Shown here: piece by piece, positions 12,999 through 26,519 of the stretch | Position numbering within the stretch: position 1 is the first letter of the stretch | Layout of the letters: each line of letters starts with the position of its first letter | Source: Podarcis pityusensis | Taxonomy: Eukaryota | Direction: 5' to 3' (one strand) | NCBI GenBank assembly: GCA_964106645.2 | Contig: OZ067039.1 | Length of the DNA stretch: 64,000 nt | The notes under the pieces: generated by a model | Databases searched by the model: none | Told to the model about the DNA's origin: nothing | What the model saw: the letters and a program-made list of their open reading frames with translations, nothing else | Position numbers and translations under genes: made by a program

Positions 12999-13936
12999 CA
13001 CGTATTGCCAAAGTGCAACATGCCTTTGTTTTTGATATTTTTGTGTCTGGAGGCAGGAAATCTGGATTGTTAGCCAACCCGACTCCATTGTGTCTGTAGC
13101 AGTTTCATCAAGCCCACTGGTCTGGGACAATCTTGTGGGAGATTTTGCAGTCAAACCTAACCATGGAAATCTATGCCACTTAGTAAATGAAGGGGTTAAG
13201 GACCACATCTTTGGTTGTCTTTATAAAGTAGTGTTGAGATGCATACATTACTTCTATTCTTTACATGTTTTCTGTAAAAAAAAAACCATAGTCTGTGACA
13301 CTAGTGTTTCCTACAGCCATCATAATATGTGGTGCTATCCTTCTTTGTATTCTTAGTTTAACCTCTCGTCCATCTGCTTGCATATGATCCTTTTTTGTGT
13401 GTGAATGTCTTCATGGTACCAGATTTTGTTACAAGCATTTTCCTGGCTGCTTCTTCCATCTTCTTGACATTTCTTTAAAAACTCTAGAGGAAAACATTAG
13501 GAGAAGCACCTTCTCCATTTTTTCTCCCCCAAATTGATGCGCAGCTTAAAGCCACAAAATATAATAATAATACAGTAATAATAATAATAATGATGATAAT
13601 AATTTCTACCCCTCCCATCTGACTGGGTTTCCCCAGCCATTCTGGGTGGCTTCCAACAAAAGATTAAAATATTTATATTTATAATATTTATAAAGAATAG
13701 CAGTTAACATAATATGTTTTAATACATATTTATTGGGAGGAAAGTGCAAATACATACATAAATAACAAATTTGTGGTCAGATATTAAAGTGAAGCAGGAA
13801 AAAAATACAACCAACTGTCTACCTCTTGTGGTAGATAATCTAAAATTGTGCGAGAGATGGAAATGTGAATTCAGCCTGGGATTTTCTCTTCTTTCTCCTA
13901 TAGAATATCTCCCCAGTTTCAGAGTTGGTACCTCTA

Positions 13937-14162
13937 CAGTGGTACCTCAGGTTACACATGCTTCAGGTTACAGACTCCGCTAACCCAGAAATAGTACCTC
14001 AGGTTAAGAACTTTGCTTCAGGATGAGAACAGAAATCACGAGGCGGTGGCACGGCGGCAGTGGGAGGCCCCATTAGCTAAAGTGGTACCTCAAGTTAAGA
14101 ACAGTTTCAGGTTAAGAACGGACCTCCAGAACGAATTAAGTTCTTAACCCGAGGTACCACTG
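13937..14162 (+). mobile_element. Tc1/mariner MITE, family A
   Basis: Same TIRs and body, TA TSD. Confidence 0.88.
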
Positions 14163-14474
14163 TATATCCATTTATAAAATGGAAAACATCTAGCTTGTTT
14201 TCAGCAAGTGCTCTGATAAAAAAAACCAAGAAAAGGTTCTTTTCTCACAAGGGAAGGAAGATTCAGTGTTACATATTTTCAGTATTTGCAATTTAAGCAT
14301 TTCTTTATGCAACTTTGGGATAAAAGTAGCAAATACAAAGGGCCAGGACCTAACACGAATGGAACGCTTGCTGCTCCTAGCCCTAGAGAGTCTATTTCCT
14401 CAGTGAAATCCCCACATTGCAGAGGGAAGCTGAGGGTAATAGAATAGCAGTTTGCTCAAGCCCACACAGGTTTA

Positions 14475-15480
14475 CGTTTATTAAATGTCTATATTTCTCC
14501 CCACTATAAAAAGCCTCAAAGCGATTTACAACCAAAATAAAAATGCATAAATATATTTTAAACATAATCAAAATATAAACATCCAGTTGCTGGTGCTGAA
14601 TAACAGAAACATCTTTGCCTAGAAGTGAAATGATGAAATGGTTGTCTGCAGGTGGGCCCTGCTGAGGAGAGTATTCTGTAGCTGGAGCTACTACAGAAAG
14701 GACCTTTCCTCTCATTGTGACCCCCTGGACCACCTTCAGAGGTGGCACACAGAGAAGGGCCTCAGATTATGAACTCGGGATCTTGGCAGGTTCATAAGGG
14801 GGAAAGTGGTTTTTTATAATGTTTAGGGGTCCCAAGCTGCATAAAGCTTTAAATGTCAAAACGAGCACTTTGAATTGAGCCTGGAAGCAAATTGGCTGCC
14901 AAGGCAGGCAGACCAAAACTGATGTCCACACCTTCTTGCCTCAGCTAACAATCAATCTTACACGTTCTTCACCAGCTGTAGCTTTCAAACCATCTTCAAA
15001 AGTTTCACGGTCTACAACACACTGCAGTAGTCTGATTTGGAGGTTACCAGAGCTAGGCTATCCCTATCCAGATAGGGTCGTAACTGGGCTGAAGGCACTC
15101 AGTACCACTGAGGCCACTTGTGCTTCCTATTATAGTGTTCCTATTATAGTGTTGGATCCAAGGGTATCCCCAGACTGTACATGGGCTCCTTTAAGGAGAG
15201 TAACCCCACCCAGAACACAATGCATTCCATCCATCCTGAGAGGGAAACCACCTGCTGACAGTGTCTGTCTTACCTGGATTGAGCTTCAGTTTGTTGTTTT
15301 TCATCCAATCCATTATCGAGGCCAGACACTGATTCAGCACATCCACTGCCACACCTGCTTGAGTTGCAAAGGAGAAATAGAGTTGTGTGTCATCAGCATA
15401 CTAATGAAAGCGCACTCCAAAATTCTGGATGGTCCCATTCAGTGGATTTCATGATAGGTGTTAAACAGCATGGCGTATAA
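14475..15480 (-). mobile_element. Degraded L2-like LINE fragment
   Basis: Minus strand shows YADDTQLY (reverse complement of tagagttgtgtgtcatcagcata), an SDYCSV-like motif and LSVVAP. Boundaries approximate. Confidence 0.72.
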
Positions 15481-15526
15481 AATTGCAGAACCCCACACTA
15501 GAGGCTTCATGGGGACAAACAACATA

Positions 15527-15896
15527 CCGTATTTTTCGCTCCATAGGGTGCACCAGACCATAGGGCGCACCTAGTTTTTAGGGGGGAAATAAAGAAAAAA
15601 AAATTCTTTAATTTTTATAGCACCAACTCCCGCTGCACTCCCCAGGCTTCAGGCAGCTATCCGCAAGCCTTCGGAGCACGGGGGGAGCTCCTGCTGCGCT
15701 CCGAATGCTTGCGGATAGCTGCCTGAAAGTAACGCGAAGCCTCCGGAACGCGGAGGGAACGCTCCTTCTGCGCTTTGGAGGCTTCCCGTTGCTATCGCTG
15801 AAGCCAAGGAGCCTGCATTCACTCCATAGGACACACACACATTTCCCCTTCATTTTTGGAGGGGAAAAAGTGCATCCTATAGAGCGAAAAATACGG
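15527..15896. mobile_element. Tc2/pogo-like MITE, family C
   Basis: TA-CCGTATTTTTCGCTC...GAGCGAAAAATACGG-TA, with internal GC-rich palindromes. Confidence 0.85.
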
Positions 15897-16857
15897 TATC
15901 CCAAGCCAATCTTCCAAGTAGTGGTGGAAACCACTGCAAAACAATGCTCCCTACTCCCAATTCAGTCTCCCAAAAAGATACCATGCTTGATGCTACTGAA
16001 AGTTGCCAAGATTGGGTAAAATCAATAGGAACATGCTCCCAACCTTCTCTCTCCTGATAGGCCAACCAAGGTGGTAAAAGTGGGCCTGAACCCCAGTTGA
16101 AATACATACAGAAAATCAGTCTCTTCCAGCCTAACCCACAATCAGTTATGCTGCTGTGGGACTTTCAGTAGAAGTTTCCATAGCTTCCATACTTGCCACT
16201 GCTACACCATAGACGGGGATAAGAAAAGCCCTTATGTCTCTTAGGCAGTCAACTGAGCACCAGGGTTAAATCCTATCCAGAATTTCAGAATCCTATTAAT
16301 TTTAGCATAAGGCAAATAAATGGAAAGCAAATGGAACTGCGTATAGATCGGGAATTTTGTTTCCTTATGTTCTTTTCAGCTTCCTTTTCGGTAGCTCCCT
16401 GCTTGACAAACTTGGCAAAGTAGAACATAATGCTGTGCCGTCTTGCTTACTGGTTTTATTTTTGGCTTCATCCTGCTTTTGTACACTAAACTAGAAAAAA
16501 TTGTGTGTGCCTCCTATTCCTCCATTTTAAATAGATGGTTTCTGCACGGAAGCAATCTCCAGTGTATGTGTATATGCATCCTACTGCTAAAATGGCCCCA
16601 ACAGGGCCATTGGATGGTATAAAACAACTGCTGTTGCATCTTAGCCGAATGAGGTGCACATAAAATCAACCTGAACCATTATTTTTGGTGTGTATTTTAA
16701 AAATATTTACATAGCTGAGAGTGAGTGTAGTAAAAAGAAGTGCTAAGTCGTTTTCTTTGTGCAGAGAACACTTTCTTGTGGATATGCTAACATTCACACC
16801 GTAGATTTAATACCCTGCCCATCTGGCTGGGTCTCCCCAGCCACTCTGGAGTTTTTT

Positions 16858-17100
16858 TTAAGGGTGCTGAGAGTTGTTCAGAGACCCCTATTCTCCTCAC
16901 ACAGCTACAGTTCCAAGACTTCTCCGTGAAGAGGGATTGATTGTTAAACCACTCTGGGAACTACAACTCAGCAAGGGGAATAGGGATCTCCTAACAGCAG
17001 CTCAGCACCTCTTAACAAACTGCAGTTCCCAGAATTCTTTGGGGGAAGCCATGATTGTTAAAGTGGCATAATAGTTCTTTAAATGTGTGGTGTTGAATGT
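16858..17100. mobile_element. Partial fold-back MITE relic
   Basis: Arms ggtgctgagagttgtt..agacccctatt and aatagggatctcctaacagcagctcagcacc are inverted relative to each other. Confidence 0.55.
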
Positions 17101-20100
17101 GTTGTCATACCTGGTGGCTGGAAGGAATCTTTGCCATATTGGATTGGCTGCAGGCTTGGTAATGTATGTGAGGAGGGAGGGTTGCCATCTCCCAGAATGC
17201 ACCATGGCTTGTTCATTTGAGCCGGCTGTATGTGCCTTTCTATGCTTATTTCTTGTCTTATACTCCTTTTGTGGCAGAGTTCTTTCCTAACTAGAGCACC
17301 TATCTGCTCCCTCTCTGAGATGAAGGGCAGGCCACTGCCCTGACAAATAAACAAACAAAAACTTTCACCATACTTGTATTCCTGAATTCTACTTCCTGGG
17401 CAGTGTAGTTTGACCCTTCTTTGTGAATTTGCTGTCAGGCTGGTAAGTTCAGCATAGTCCAGGCTCTTATCTATTCTGTTGCCTCACATTTTTAGTTCAG
17501 TGTTGAGTAAAACCAGACAATAAATTTATTGTTGCCTTTAATGATGTGTGCCTGTGCCAGCATGGGCATGTAGAAGGTTTCTCAGATGACCATGAGGAAG
17601 AACCTAACTTAATTTAACAGCTGGAAGCTGTGTTAAATTCCTTCGCATCTAGGGTTATGGCATGGCAAAGACACGTTTGATAAACCTGTTGAAGTGGCAA
17701 CCTATGAACTTCAGTCAGCTCTTTATTCCAGAACGTTTCAGTCACTTTCTGTATTGAGGTCTGTGATGGGATTCTCAACCCTTCCTGCACCCTTGTTTAG
17801 GCTGTATATTAATTAGTGCACTGTTAAGACTGAACGTCAAATGCATGCTAAAGATAAGCTTCACGTGGTAATCTGATGTCACTCTTCATGAAATGATGTC
17901 TTCACTTGATAAGCAAGTTCACTTTTCCAATGAAGCAATGTCAGATCTTTGCCCTGATGCGCCTGTTTTCCATCAGTGCATACAGTTGACAGCCTATGCT
18001 AGCTGAAATACTTGCTTCTTAAATAATATAAGTAGATTTTTATTTCATTTGTTTATCTTAACCTTGTTGTAAGTGCTGTAACAGCTAAGTGAAGTTGCAG
18101 GAGCACTTAGGCTTAAGCTAAATATGACAATGGCAGATACACCACACAGGAGGGGGATTGCCAGCCTTCATGCCTCATATGCCCCACCAGGTCTTCCAGT
18201 TGGCTTGCAAGGCCATTTTGCCCAGGCCATTCCCACTTCTCCCTTACCTGAGACTGTCAGGTGTGGGACAGGTAAACCTTCAGCTGCAAAGGAACAATTG
18301 GGAACTTGACACTCCTGATTGTTTCCTTGCAAGTGTAGCTTGTGTTTAACGCTTGTGGTTTAGCCTTGTAGCTTTAATGGTGCTAGGATTAGATTACTAT
18401 TTAACCTTTTTGCTGTAGGTGGTTATAGCTACTCAGCTGCTTCCCGGTTATGAGAGAAAAAGAGGCAGGATTCCTCTGTGTGTGTGTGTCCCCCCCCCCC
18501 CCATCATCGGTATAGCAGTGGTGGTGAATTTTGCATTACAAAAATGGCCCATGGGGAAAGCTTTCAGAATCCCTTCCCTGCTGCAGCAGTCAAATTCACA
18601 GCCCTCTGAGACTAGTTTCCTCCTCCGCAAAACCAACCCCAAACTCTCCTACCACATATAGTTGAAATGATGATGATGAAGATGAACAAGAAGTGGTTTG
18701 ATAAAAGTGTTGACCTGTTAAAAGTAGAGACTGTTCATAAGTAAGGTGTAAGTATTAAGCCCCATGAAATTATAGGAAGTTTACCCACTGTTGCCTAGTA
18801 GTTGCAGCCTCAGGATGCTGCGTTTTTATATTTTATTATAATATGCCTTTTTTTTACGATTTGTTTCCCAGAATGAATCTGCTTCTATGCATATTCACTG
18901 CAAATGTTACCCCACTGAATCCAATGGAGCTTGCTCTCAAGCAAGTGTCCATACGATTTCTACCTTATTTGTGACCATACCTGCTTCAAACAGTTTATAA
19001 TTATCGCCATGTCCACAAAGCCTTTCTAGCCCTCAAACCATTGATCAATACAGAAAAGAAATAATTTGTTGAAAAGCCACCTGAGGTAAAATTGAAAGGT
19101 ATGCATGGATTTGGTGGATCCTTAAAAACACCTGTTCACTTCAGCTCTGCGATGTTGGCAGGTACCCTGAGTTAGAGTGTGTAATCTGGTTAGCTCACTC
19201 TTGCTCACAAATAAGGAGTAAAAGTTGACTCTGAGAGATGTACAAAGAGCTTCTCTCCTCTGGAGAGTTAGTGTTAGAGATGCTCTAACACTTCTCTAGA
19301 GAAACTGCTTAGGCAGATTGGAGAGTTCCTGCACTGAAGAGTCAATGTTTCTAAAACCTAAGGGCAAGACTACATGTGCTGTTAAGTTTCTTTGTATAAA
19401 TACATTCACGTTTTTAAAATACAATCCACAGGCATGTGCTGGAGATGCAGGTAGCAGCAGGCAGATTTAGCATACCTCATTGAGAGGTGCCAAGTCACAG
19501 GGCCTTTTTGAAGGGAAGTACAAACCAGGATTGACCTGGTTCTAGACAAATGCCTGGAAATGGGTGATATTATTGGAATAATGGGCTTATCAAATGGAGG
19601 CTGTCTCAGAAGCTGAAAAAGTGGTTCCATACAGCCACACTAGAGCAGCAAAGTGAGTCATTAAAAATTATATACCACTTGATTCTACAAAAAAACCCTC
19701 AAAGCACTTGACATGAAGAATAAAGCAATGATATTATCAGTAAAAAAAGAGTTAAAAACAACAATTTAAAATCTTCCAAAAAATAAATAAATCAGAATCA
19801 ACAATAAGATAAAATAACAGATTAAAACACATGTCAATATTCTACATGTCTGGATATTTTTATTTTGTTTTATTTATTAAATTTCTGTACCGCCCTTCAT
19901 CTGAATATCGCAGGGCAGTTTACAATATAAAACCACAAAAATATATATCATAATAACAAACAAAAATAGTTTAAAAGGCTATAGCTTGTTTAATTAGCCC
20001 AAGGCCTGGGAGAAGTGGTAAATCTCCCTGAGGCCCTTCCCTTGGGAGAGCATTCAACAAGGGGGGAGCACCACGGAAAATGCTCACTCTCATGCTGCCA

Positions 20101-20249
20101 CACTAAAATATTTATTTCTTACAAATGTGGAATGAGCATTGTGTAGCATCTCTCAAAGTGACAATTCTGCAGATCAGAGTGGTCAAGTAGGCATGCATGA
20201 GGTGAGGCAGTATTGCAAGTCAACTAGTTCCAAGATGTCAAGGGCATTA

Positions 20250-20592
20250 TAAAGGTAAAGGGACCCCTGACCATTAGGTCCAGTCGTGACAGACTCTGGG
20301 GTTGCGGCACTCATCTCGCTTTATTGGCCGAGGGAGCCAGCATACAGCTTCCGGGTCATGTGGCCAGCATGACTGAGCCGCTTCTGGCGAACCAGAGCAG
20401 TGCAAGGAAACGCCGTTTACCTTCCCGCCAGAGCGGTACCTATTTATCTACTTGCACTTTGACGTGCTTTCAAACTGCTAGGTTGGCAGGAGCAGGGACT
20501 GAGCAACGGGAGCTCACCCCGTCACGGGGATTCAAACCACCGACCTTCTGGTCGGCAAGTCCTAGGCTTCGTGGTTTAACCCACAGCGCCAC
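20250..20592 (-). mobile_element. Sauria SINE, near full length
   Basis: High similarity to the copies at 2447 and 35092. Confidence 0.9.
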
Positions 20593-22434
20593 ACTAATAC
20601 TGTAGAATAATCCCCCCCAATACCAGAAATCTTAAATCACGCCAGGAGCTGAGGATTGAATGCAGGATCTTCTCTAGCTGCCAGATCACAAGAAAGTCCC
20701 ATTGAGCAACTTGCATAAAGAAGTGAGTTTGGATTTCTAGAGCTCTTTGCTGAGAGTGATACATAGAGCCACAGAGGTCTGAAGACCCACTACAATACAG
20801 TACAGTTGAGTCTTTCTGATCTACTCTTTGTTCTCCTGATTTGACATTCATTATTGACCCATACTTTTCCTTGACTAACAGGCTATGCACTTGTGGGGAG
20901 TGGGTGAGTGATTGAGAAAAGTTGTTATATTTTGTAAAACAAAAATTGTTAATCTATCCATCCACCCATCTATCTATATTGCAGAAAGTACCAGCCAGGT
21001 AACTTAATCATTATTGTGAATGGCACCAGTGGGGGACATTGTCCCAATGCAAATAGCAGTTTCAAATGAGAGATTTCCTTCAGGATGCAGAAGAGGAAGA
21101 AGAGATTCTGTTTCCCCTCTTAAGCTTGCTATTGCCATAATCATTATTAGCCTTCCGGCTGATCCTAGCTGCACATTTCAAAATCTGCATGTTAAATGCA
21201 AAGTTTGGCCCTACACCTCTGGACCCTACTTTCTGCATCTTGTTTGTTTTTGTTTTTTAGTTGAGGAACACTCACATGAGAGCCAGTCCTGATGAACCCT
21301 GGCAGTTAACTGGAGCAGATCAGTTCCTGTTTAGCACACTGAAGAAAAGCGAATCTGCGTTTAAAATGTTGTTGTCACTGCTCTCACGTTCTTGTCTGTG
21401 GCTCATTAAAACAAATTCATTTGACCTCCTCAGATTATGGCTACGTTTTTGCTTTGCATCTTGTGTTCTGCAGCCAGCTTAGGCTTCGAGATGAAAGCAC
21501 AAATTAATCAGAGTCTAATCCTTCTCCTAGTTATGCACTTTCCAGAGTTGGGTTTTTTTTAAAAAAAAATTATCAAAGCGTCAGTTATATAAATGGTGCT
21601 ATATCAAAAGAATAACAAAAAAGGTGCACGTAAAACTATTTCATTCTAGCCTGGAGCAAATGTCACGATTGTAAAATCTGATGTAGTTTGCAGAAATTAG
21701 CTTTAGTGCAATATTGCCCCAAAAGCTCCATAACCCCTCCTAGGGCTGGATCAAGATTCAGCATGCCAATACACAGGTCACACTTAGGGCCAAAGTAGAT
21801 GTGATGTCCTGTGATTGGAACACCTGCTGTTATTATTTCTCTTGTCCAGAAATCAGCCATGGGGGTGGGGAATTTGGATGAGAGCCGCAATGCTTGTGAA
21901 AGAACAGGATATGGTTGCTTGTGTATGTTTTCCCCTTCTCAGCTAATAGCTGCTTTTTAAATGAGGGCAGCCACGTCATTTTTTTTTCCATACAGTTCCC
22001 TCTGAGGGTGAGGAAATGTCATCAAGTCCCATTGCTCCCAGGGATATTTGCTCTACCGTGTTCAAAGTGTGCAGTGGCAAAAGAGCACCGTGTATTAGCT
22101 GTTCCACATGGTGGGTGCTTGTTTTGGAGCTTTTTAAAAGGAAAGAGGGGGAAAAACTCGTTATCAGACAGAAGCAGCACTGCACCCCTTGGATTCCTTG
22201 TAAAGGGCTCCTCAGAATCCCAGCTGGGTCAGGATCCATCCAGATCATACTGGGTGAATCCGCTTTGGAATCTGGCTTCTGCATATTCTTCCCCCATCCC
22301 TAGTTGTTTATAGGGGATTTTATGAACATCAGTAATGGGCTGCTTTGTATGCTCTCATTTGACATTAGATGTCCTTTTCCTTTCCCCCGTCCCCGAACAG
22401 GCCTTATAGCACTTTACAAAGCTCTCCACAATAT

Positions 22435-22704
22435 GTTGTTGTTGTTGTTTAGTCGTTTAGTCGTGTCCGACTATTCGTGACCCCCTGGACCAGAGCACAC
22501 CAGGTACTCCTGTATTCCACTGCCTCCCGCAGTTTGGTCAAACTCATGCTGGTAGCTTCGAGAACACTGTCCAACCATCTCGTCCTCTGTTGTCCCCTTC
22601 TCCTTGCGCCCTCCATCTTTCCCAACATCAGGGTCTTTTCCAGGGAGTCTTCTCTTCTCATGAGGTGGCCAAAGTATTGGAGCCTTAGCTTCTGGATCTG
22701 TCCT
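22435..22704 (-). mobile_element. Bov-B (RTE) LINE 3' fragment
   Basis: Encodes KLRLQYFGHLMRREDSLEKTLMLGKMEG...RTRWLD, typical of the Bov-B C-terminus. (CAA)n tail. TSD TCCACAATAT at 22425-22434 and 22705-22714. Confidence 0.92.
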
Positions 22705-23352
22705 TCCACAATATAGACTTTTCAAAATGCTGTACACAGGGCTTTGCAAAACCCAGTGTTCAGCTGGACCCCTTTTGGCTGAGCCAGGTCTTTAAAAGCT
22801 GCTCCATACCTCATGTCAGGTAGAAGGCCAGGTGAGTGTGGCTTGACTGAGATGGCCTTGTGAGTCAAATGGGGAGGGACCTGAGGTCCCCCACACCTGT
22901 GCTGCCCCCATCCCCTTATTTTCTCTTCTGTGATGCTTTCCTTTTGCTGCGGAGGTCTTGGACTTGAAACTATAAGAAGCCCCTCCTAGCATCAAAACAA
23001 AAGTGAGGTGCAGTTGGCAGTTTTAAGGAAAGAATGCAATGAAACATTATGGTAATTGTTCCATCAATGCAAGCATTTCGGCTTGCCAGGGGCAATGATC
23101 ACCCCTCTCCCCCTTCTCCTTCCCCCATGTGCTGTTCCGATTCCACACAGCCCCCAAGCCAATATTAATTTATGGGGGGAAGAGAGGAAGGGAAAGCCCT
23201 GTTGCGCTAGTGGAAGTCTTTGCTAACAGAACTTGTTTGTTGAATCTGGCCCTAATTATTTTTGGCCCACAACCTTATTCCAGTGCTGGTGCGCATTGGT
23301 TGCGTTTGATGGAAAGGAGATGTCCCCGTCCCCCAAAAAAGCATTCATAGTA

Positions 23353-23577
23353 CAGTGGTACCTCAGGTTACATATGCTTCAGGTTACAGATGCTTCAGGT
23401 TACAGACTCCGCTAACCGAGAAATAGTACCTCGGGTTAAGAACTTTGCTTCAGGATGAGAACAGAAATCATGCTCCGGCGGCGTGGCAGCAGCAGGAGGC
23501 CCCATTAGCTAAAGTGGTGCTTCAGGTTAAGAACGGACCTCCGGAACGAATTAAGTACTTAACCCGAGGCACCACTG
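23353..23577 (+). mobile_element. Tc1/mariner MITE, family A
   Basis: Same TIRs and body, TA TSD. Confidence 0.88.
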
Positions 23578-24216
23578 TAAACATATTGCAGTGCTTGCTT
23601 GTTTCAGTTATGTGGAAAGCAGTAATAACTTCCCTTCAATTAATTGTTGATATAAAACTGCCATGGAAATAAGTATGTCGTGAACTGCCCTGAGATCTAT
23701 GGATGAAGGGCAGTATACAAATTTTAATAATAATAATAATTATTCTCCCCTTCCAAAAACACATCACAATGACCAGAAGTTTCTTTTCATAACTAGTGTC
23801 CTTGAGCCAACTCATTAGACCATTTGAGTTCCTAATCCAGCTCTGAAGAAAAGTTATCTGCCAGGACAATGGCAGTTCCCCGTTATGTCCCAACAAGAAG
23901 AACGACACGGCTTAACAATAAATGGACCAAATGAGGTAGTGATTACAGAGGGAGAAAATAGCTTCATTTTCTGGAGATGTCGGTTATTTCTGTCAGGGAA
24001 CCATTCCTGTTGCTGAACTTGCTTCTGAGTTGCCATTCTTACTCACCAGGAGCAGACTCACTGCTTATCCTGGCTGGGCCATGATCCTTCATTTCTGTAC
24101 TGTAAAATAGGGTTAATAATATGCTACCTTATGTAGTAGTAGTTGATATAAAACTGGACGAGGACCATAAAGCACTTTGAACACTTATTCTGTCATGCAA
24201 CAATAGAAAATACTAT

Positions 24217-24944
24217 TTATTTATTTATTTATTTATTTATTATACAGTTTTCCATTTATACTTTACACTTCATACAATTTTTTCATCTTACATTATTCCC
24301 ATACAGACTTCCCAACTTATCCTTTACTGGCATTCTAGGCCTTCAAGATTTAGCTGAAACTCAGTTAAATTCCACCCTACCTATCTTCCTATCATTTCCA
24401 TCTTTCTTTGTTTACTGTTTTTCAGAAATTCATCCCCACTTGCAAAGTAGTTTTAATGCCATATATTTTAAAATATTCACTAAGATATTCCCACTCGCCC
24501 TTTGTTTTCCTCTCGTCGAAGTTTCTTATTTTTGCTGTCATAGCCTCAAGCTCTGCGAATTCTATCAACTTGCACAGCCATTGATCTTTTGTTGGGATGA
24601 CCTCTTCTTTCCATTTTTTTTTGCGTAAACTATTCTCATGGCTGCTGTTGCGTATGGAAACAGATTATGAGCTTCCTTTGGCAACTCCCCTCCTGTAGTA
24701 GCCAATTAAAAATGCTTGTGGTTTCCTGGGAAATGTGAGTTTAAAAATTTCTTAAGTTCCTCGTATATCATCTCCCAGTATCTTTTTGCCCTTTTGCAAA
24801 GCCACCACATGTGTATCAAAGATCCTTCCAGTTTTGAACATTTCCAGCATAGTTTTGACCTTTTTTGAATACATCTTGGCAAACTTCATAGGTGTTAGAT
24901 ACCATCTATATACCATCTTTAACATATTTTATTTTATCATATAA
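24217..24944 (-). mobile_element. Degraded 5'-truncated L1-clade LINE
   Basis: Minus strand reads CWKCSKLEGSLIHMWWLCKRAKRYWEMIYEEL, homologous to the ORF at 3196. (TAAA)n tail. AAAATACTAT repeated at 24207-24216 and 24945-24954. Confidence 0.8.
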
Positions 24945-25102
24945 AAAATACTATAGTGACAAATGAAAAGGAGTAAGGGAGAATAATTCAGCCAAGGGCC
25001 ATCAGTCTTCATGGCATTTCAACTGTGACTTCAGAGGCCCAATGGAATTCATGGTTAGTTGAAAAGAATGTTAAACATCCCTCCAGAGCAACAACTGTTG
25101 TG

Positions 25103-25106
<4 letters not shown>

Positions 25107-25166
<60 letters not shown>

Positions 25167-25169
25167 TGT
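25107..25169. repeat. (TC)n(TG)n compound microsatellite
   Basis: Read directly. Confidence 0.95.
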
Positions 25170-25758
25170 TAGGGAATGAGGGTTTCAGTCATGATACACA
25201 TGAGAGCATAATAACACGCACATGGTCCTTCATGGTGGATGGATGAGATCAAGTGGCGTGTGAGGCAGCAATACAATAGGAAAATTGGAAAATTCATCCC
25301 GGTGTGATTTCTGCCACGGCAGCTCGTTAGTACTGCACTCTTCAGCTTGATGACAGCTAAGAGACAGCCTCCTTTCCTTTCTTAAATGCAACAATTTAGT
25401 GACAGACCCGATGGCAGCAGCTCTGGCGCATGTGGGCAAGCAGGAGACAAGTGCTCTGTTGTGCAGTGAGCTGTGTGAGTCACTTACGAGGTGTGTAATT
25501 AACTTCTAATAACCCCTTCTCCCACAAGCAGGCCTGCCTTCCTCAAACAGGACCTACTACGGAAGCTGCTTGGAATATATAATGTGCATAGGCGATGCTC
25601 ACTAAGCATCAGACAGGCTCGAATCTCCTGCAGCTTTAATACAAGAGTATAGTCCTGGGTGACAGAGGAGGATAGGGGAATGTTTGTTTATCTGAATAAA
25701 TAAATAAACTTGTATACGGCTTAAATACTTACTTTCAGGGGGGGAAAGCTTTTAAGTA

Positions 25759-26519
25759 CAGTGGTGCCTCGCAAGACGAAATTAATTCGTTCTGCGAGTT
25801 TTTTCGTCTTGCGAATTTTTCGTCTTGCGAAGCACGGTTTCCCATAGGAATGCATTGAAAATCAATTAATGCATTCCTATGGTCAAAAAAAGTCCAAACC
25901 AAGCCAAATTTGGTACAAAATTGCCTTGGAGGTACTTAAGAAGCAGGAAGTGGCTCAGGATACGGCGCTCAAAAACAAGAGCGCAGGACAACAGATGCGT
26001 TGCTATTAGTCATAGGGAACCTCCAGTGTCAGGTGCAGTATATGCCGCCAGGTATTGACTAGGAAGTAAATAGCTCTCGCCTTCCTGCTGTGCGTCTGGG
26101 AAGCATCTGCTTAGCCACACTGGAATGCAGGATGGCAGAGTGCGTTGGACTTTGGGCCGATGCAGCAGGGCTCTTAATAATGGTAACGTTAATAGCAACA
26201 GCACCAACTTCTTACTCTTATCAGTGCAGAACACCTAGCCAAGGAGGACCAAAATTGAGAAGATCCATAATTGGTGTAGGACTGTAAATTATTTGATGTG
26301 TTAATGATTATTTGAATTATTTGATGTGTTAATGCGAATTGAAGTCGTTAAAATTGCAGCTGCGGTACTGTAAAAGGAAACAAACTTGCAAGACGTTTTC
26401 GTCTTGCGAAGCAAGCCCATAGGGAAATTCGTCTTGCGAAGCAACTCAAAAAAACGAAAAACTCTTTCGTCTTGCGAGTTTTTCGTCTTGCGAGGCATTC
26501 GTCTTGCGAGGTACCACTG
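25759..26519. mobile_element. Non-autonomous Tc1/mariner element, family B (761 bp)
   Basis: TIR CAGTGGT(G/A)CCTCGCAAGACGAA, TA TSD, and repeated subterminal TTCGTCTTGCGA at both ends. Confidence 0.85.

Noticed and set aside
19225-19345. Small nested inverted repeats (AGTGTTAGAG/CTCTAACACT)
   Set aside because: Short and degenerate. Most likely a decayed MITE or chance.
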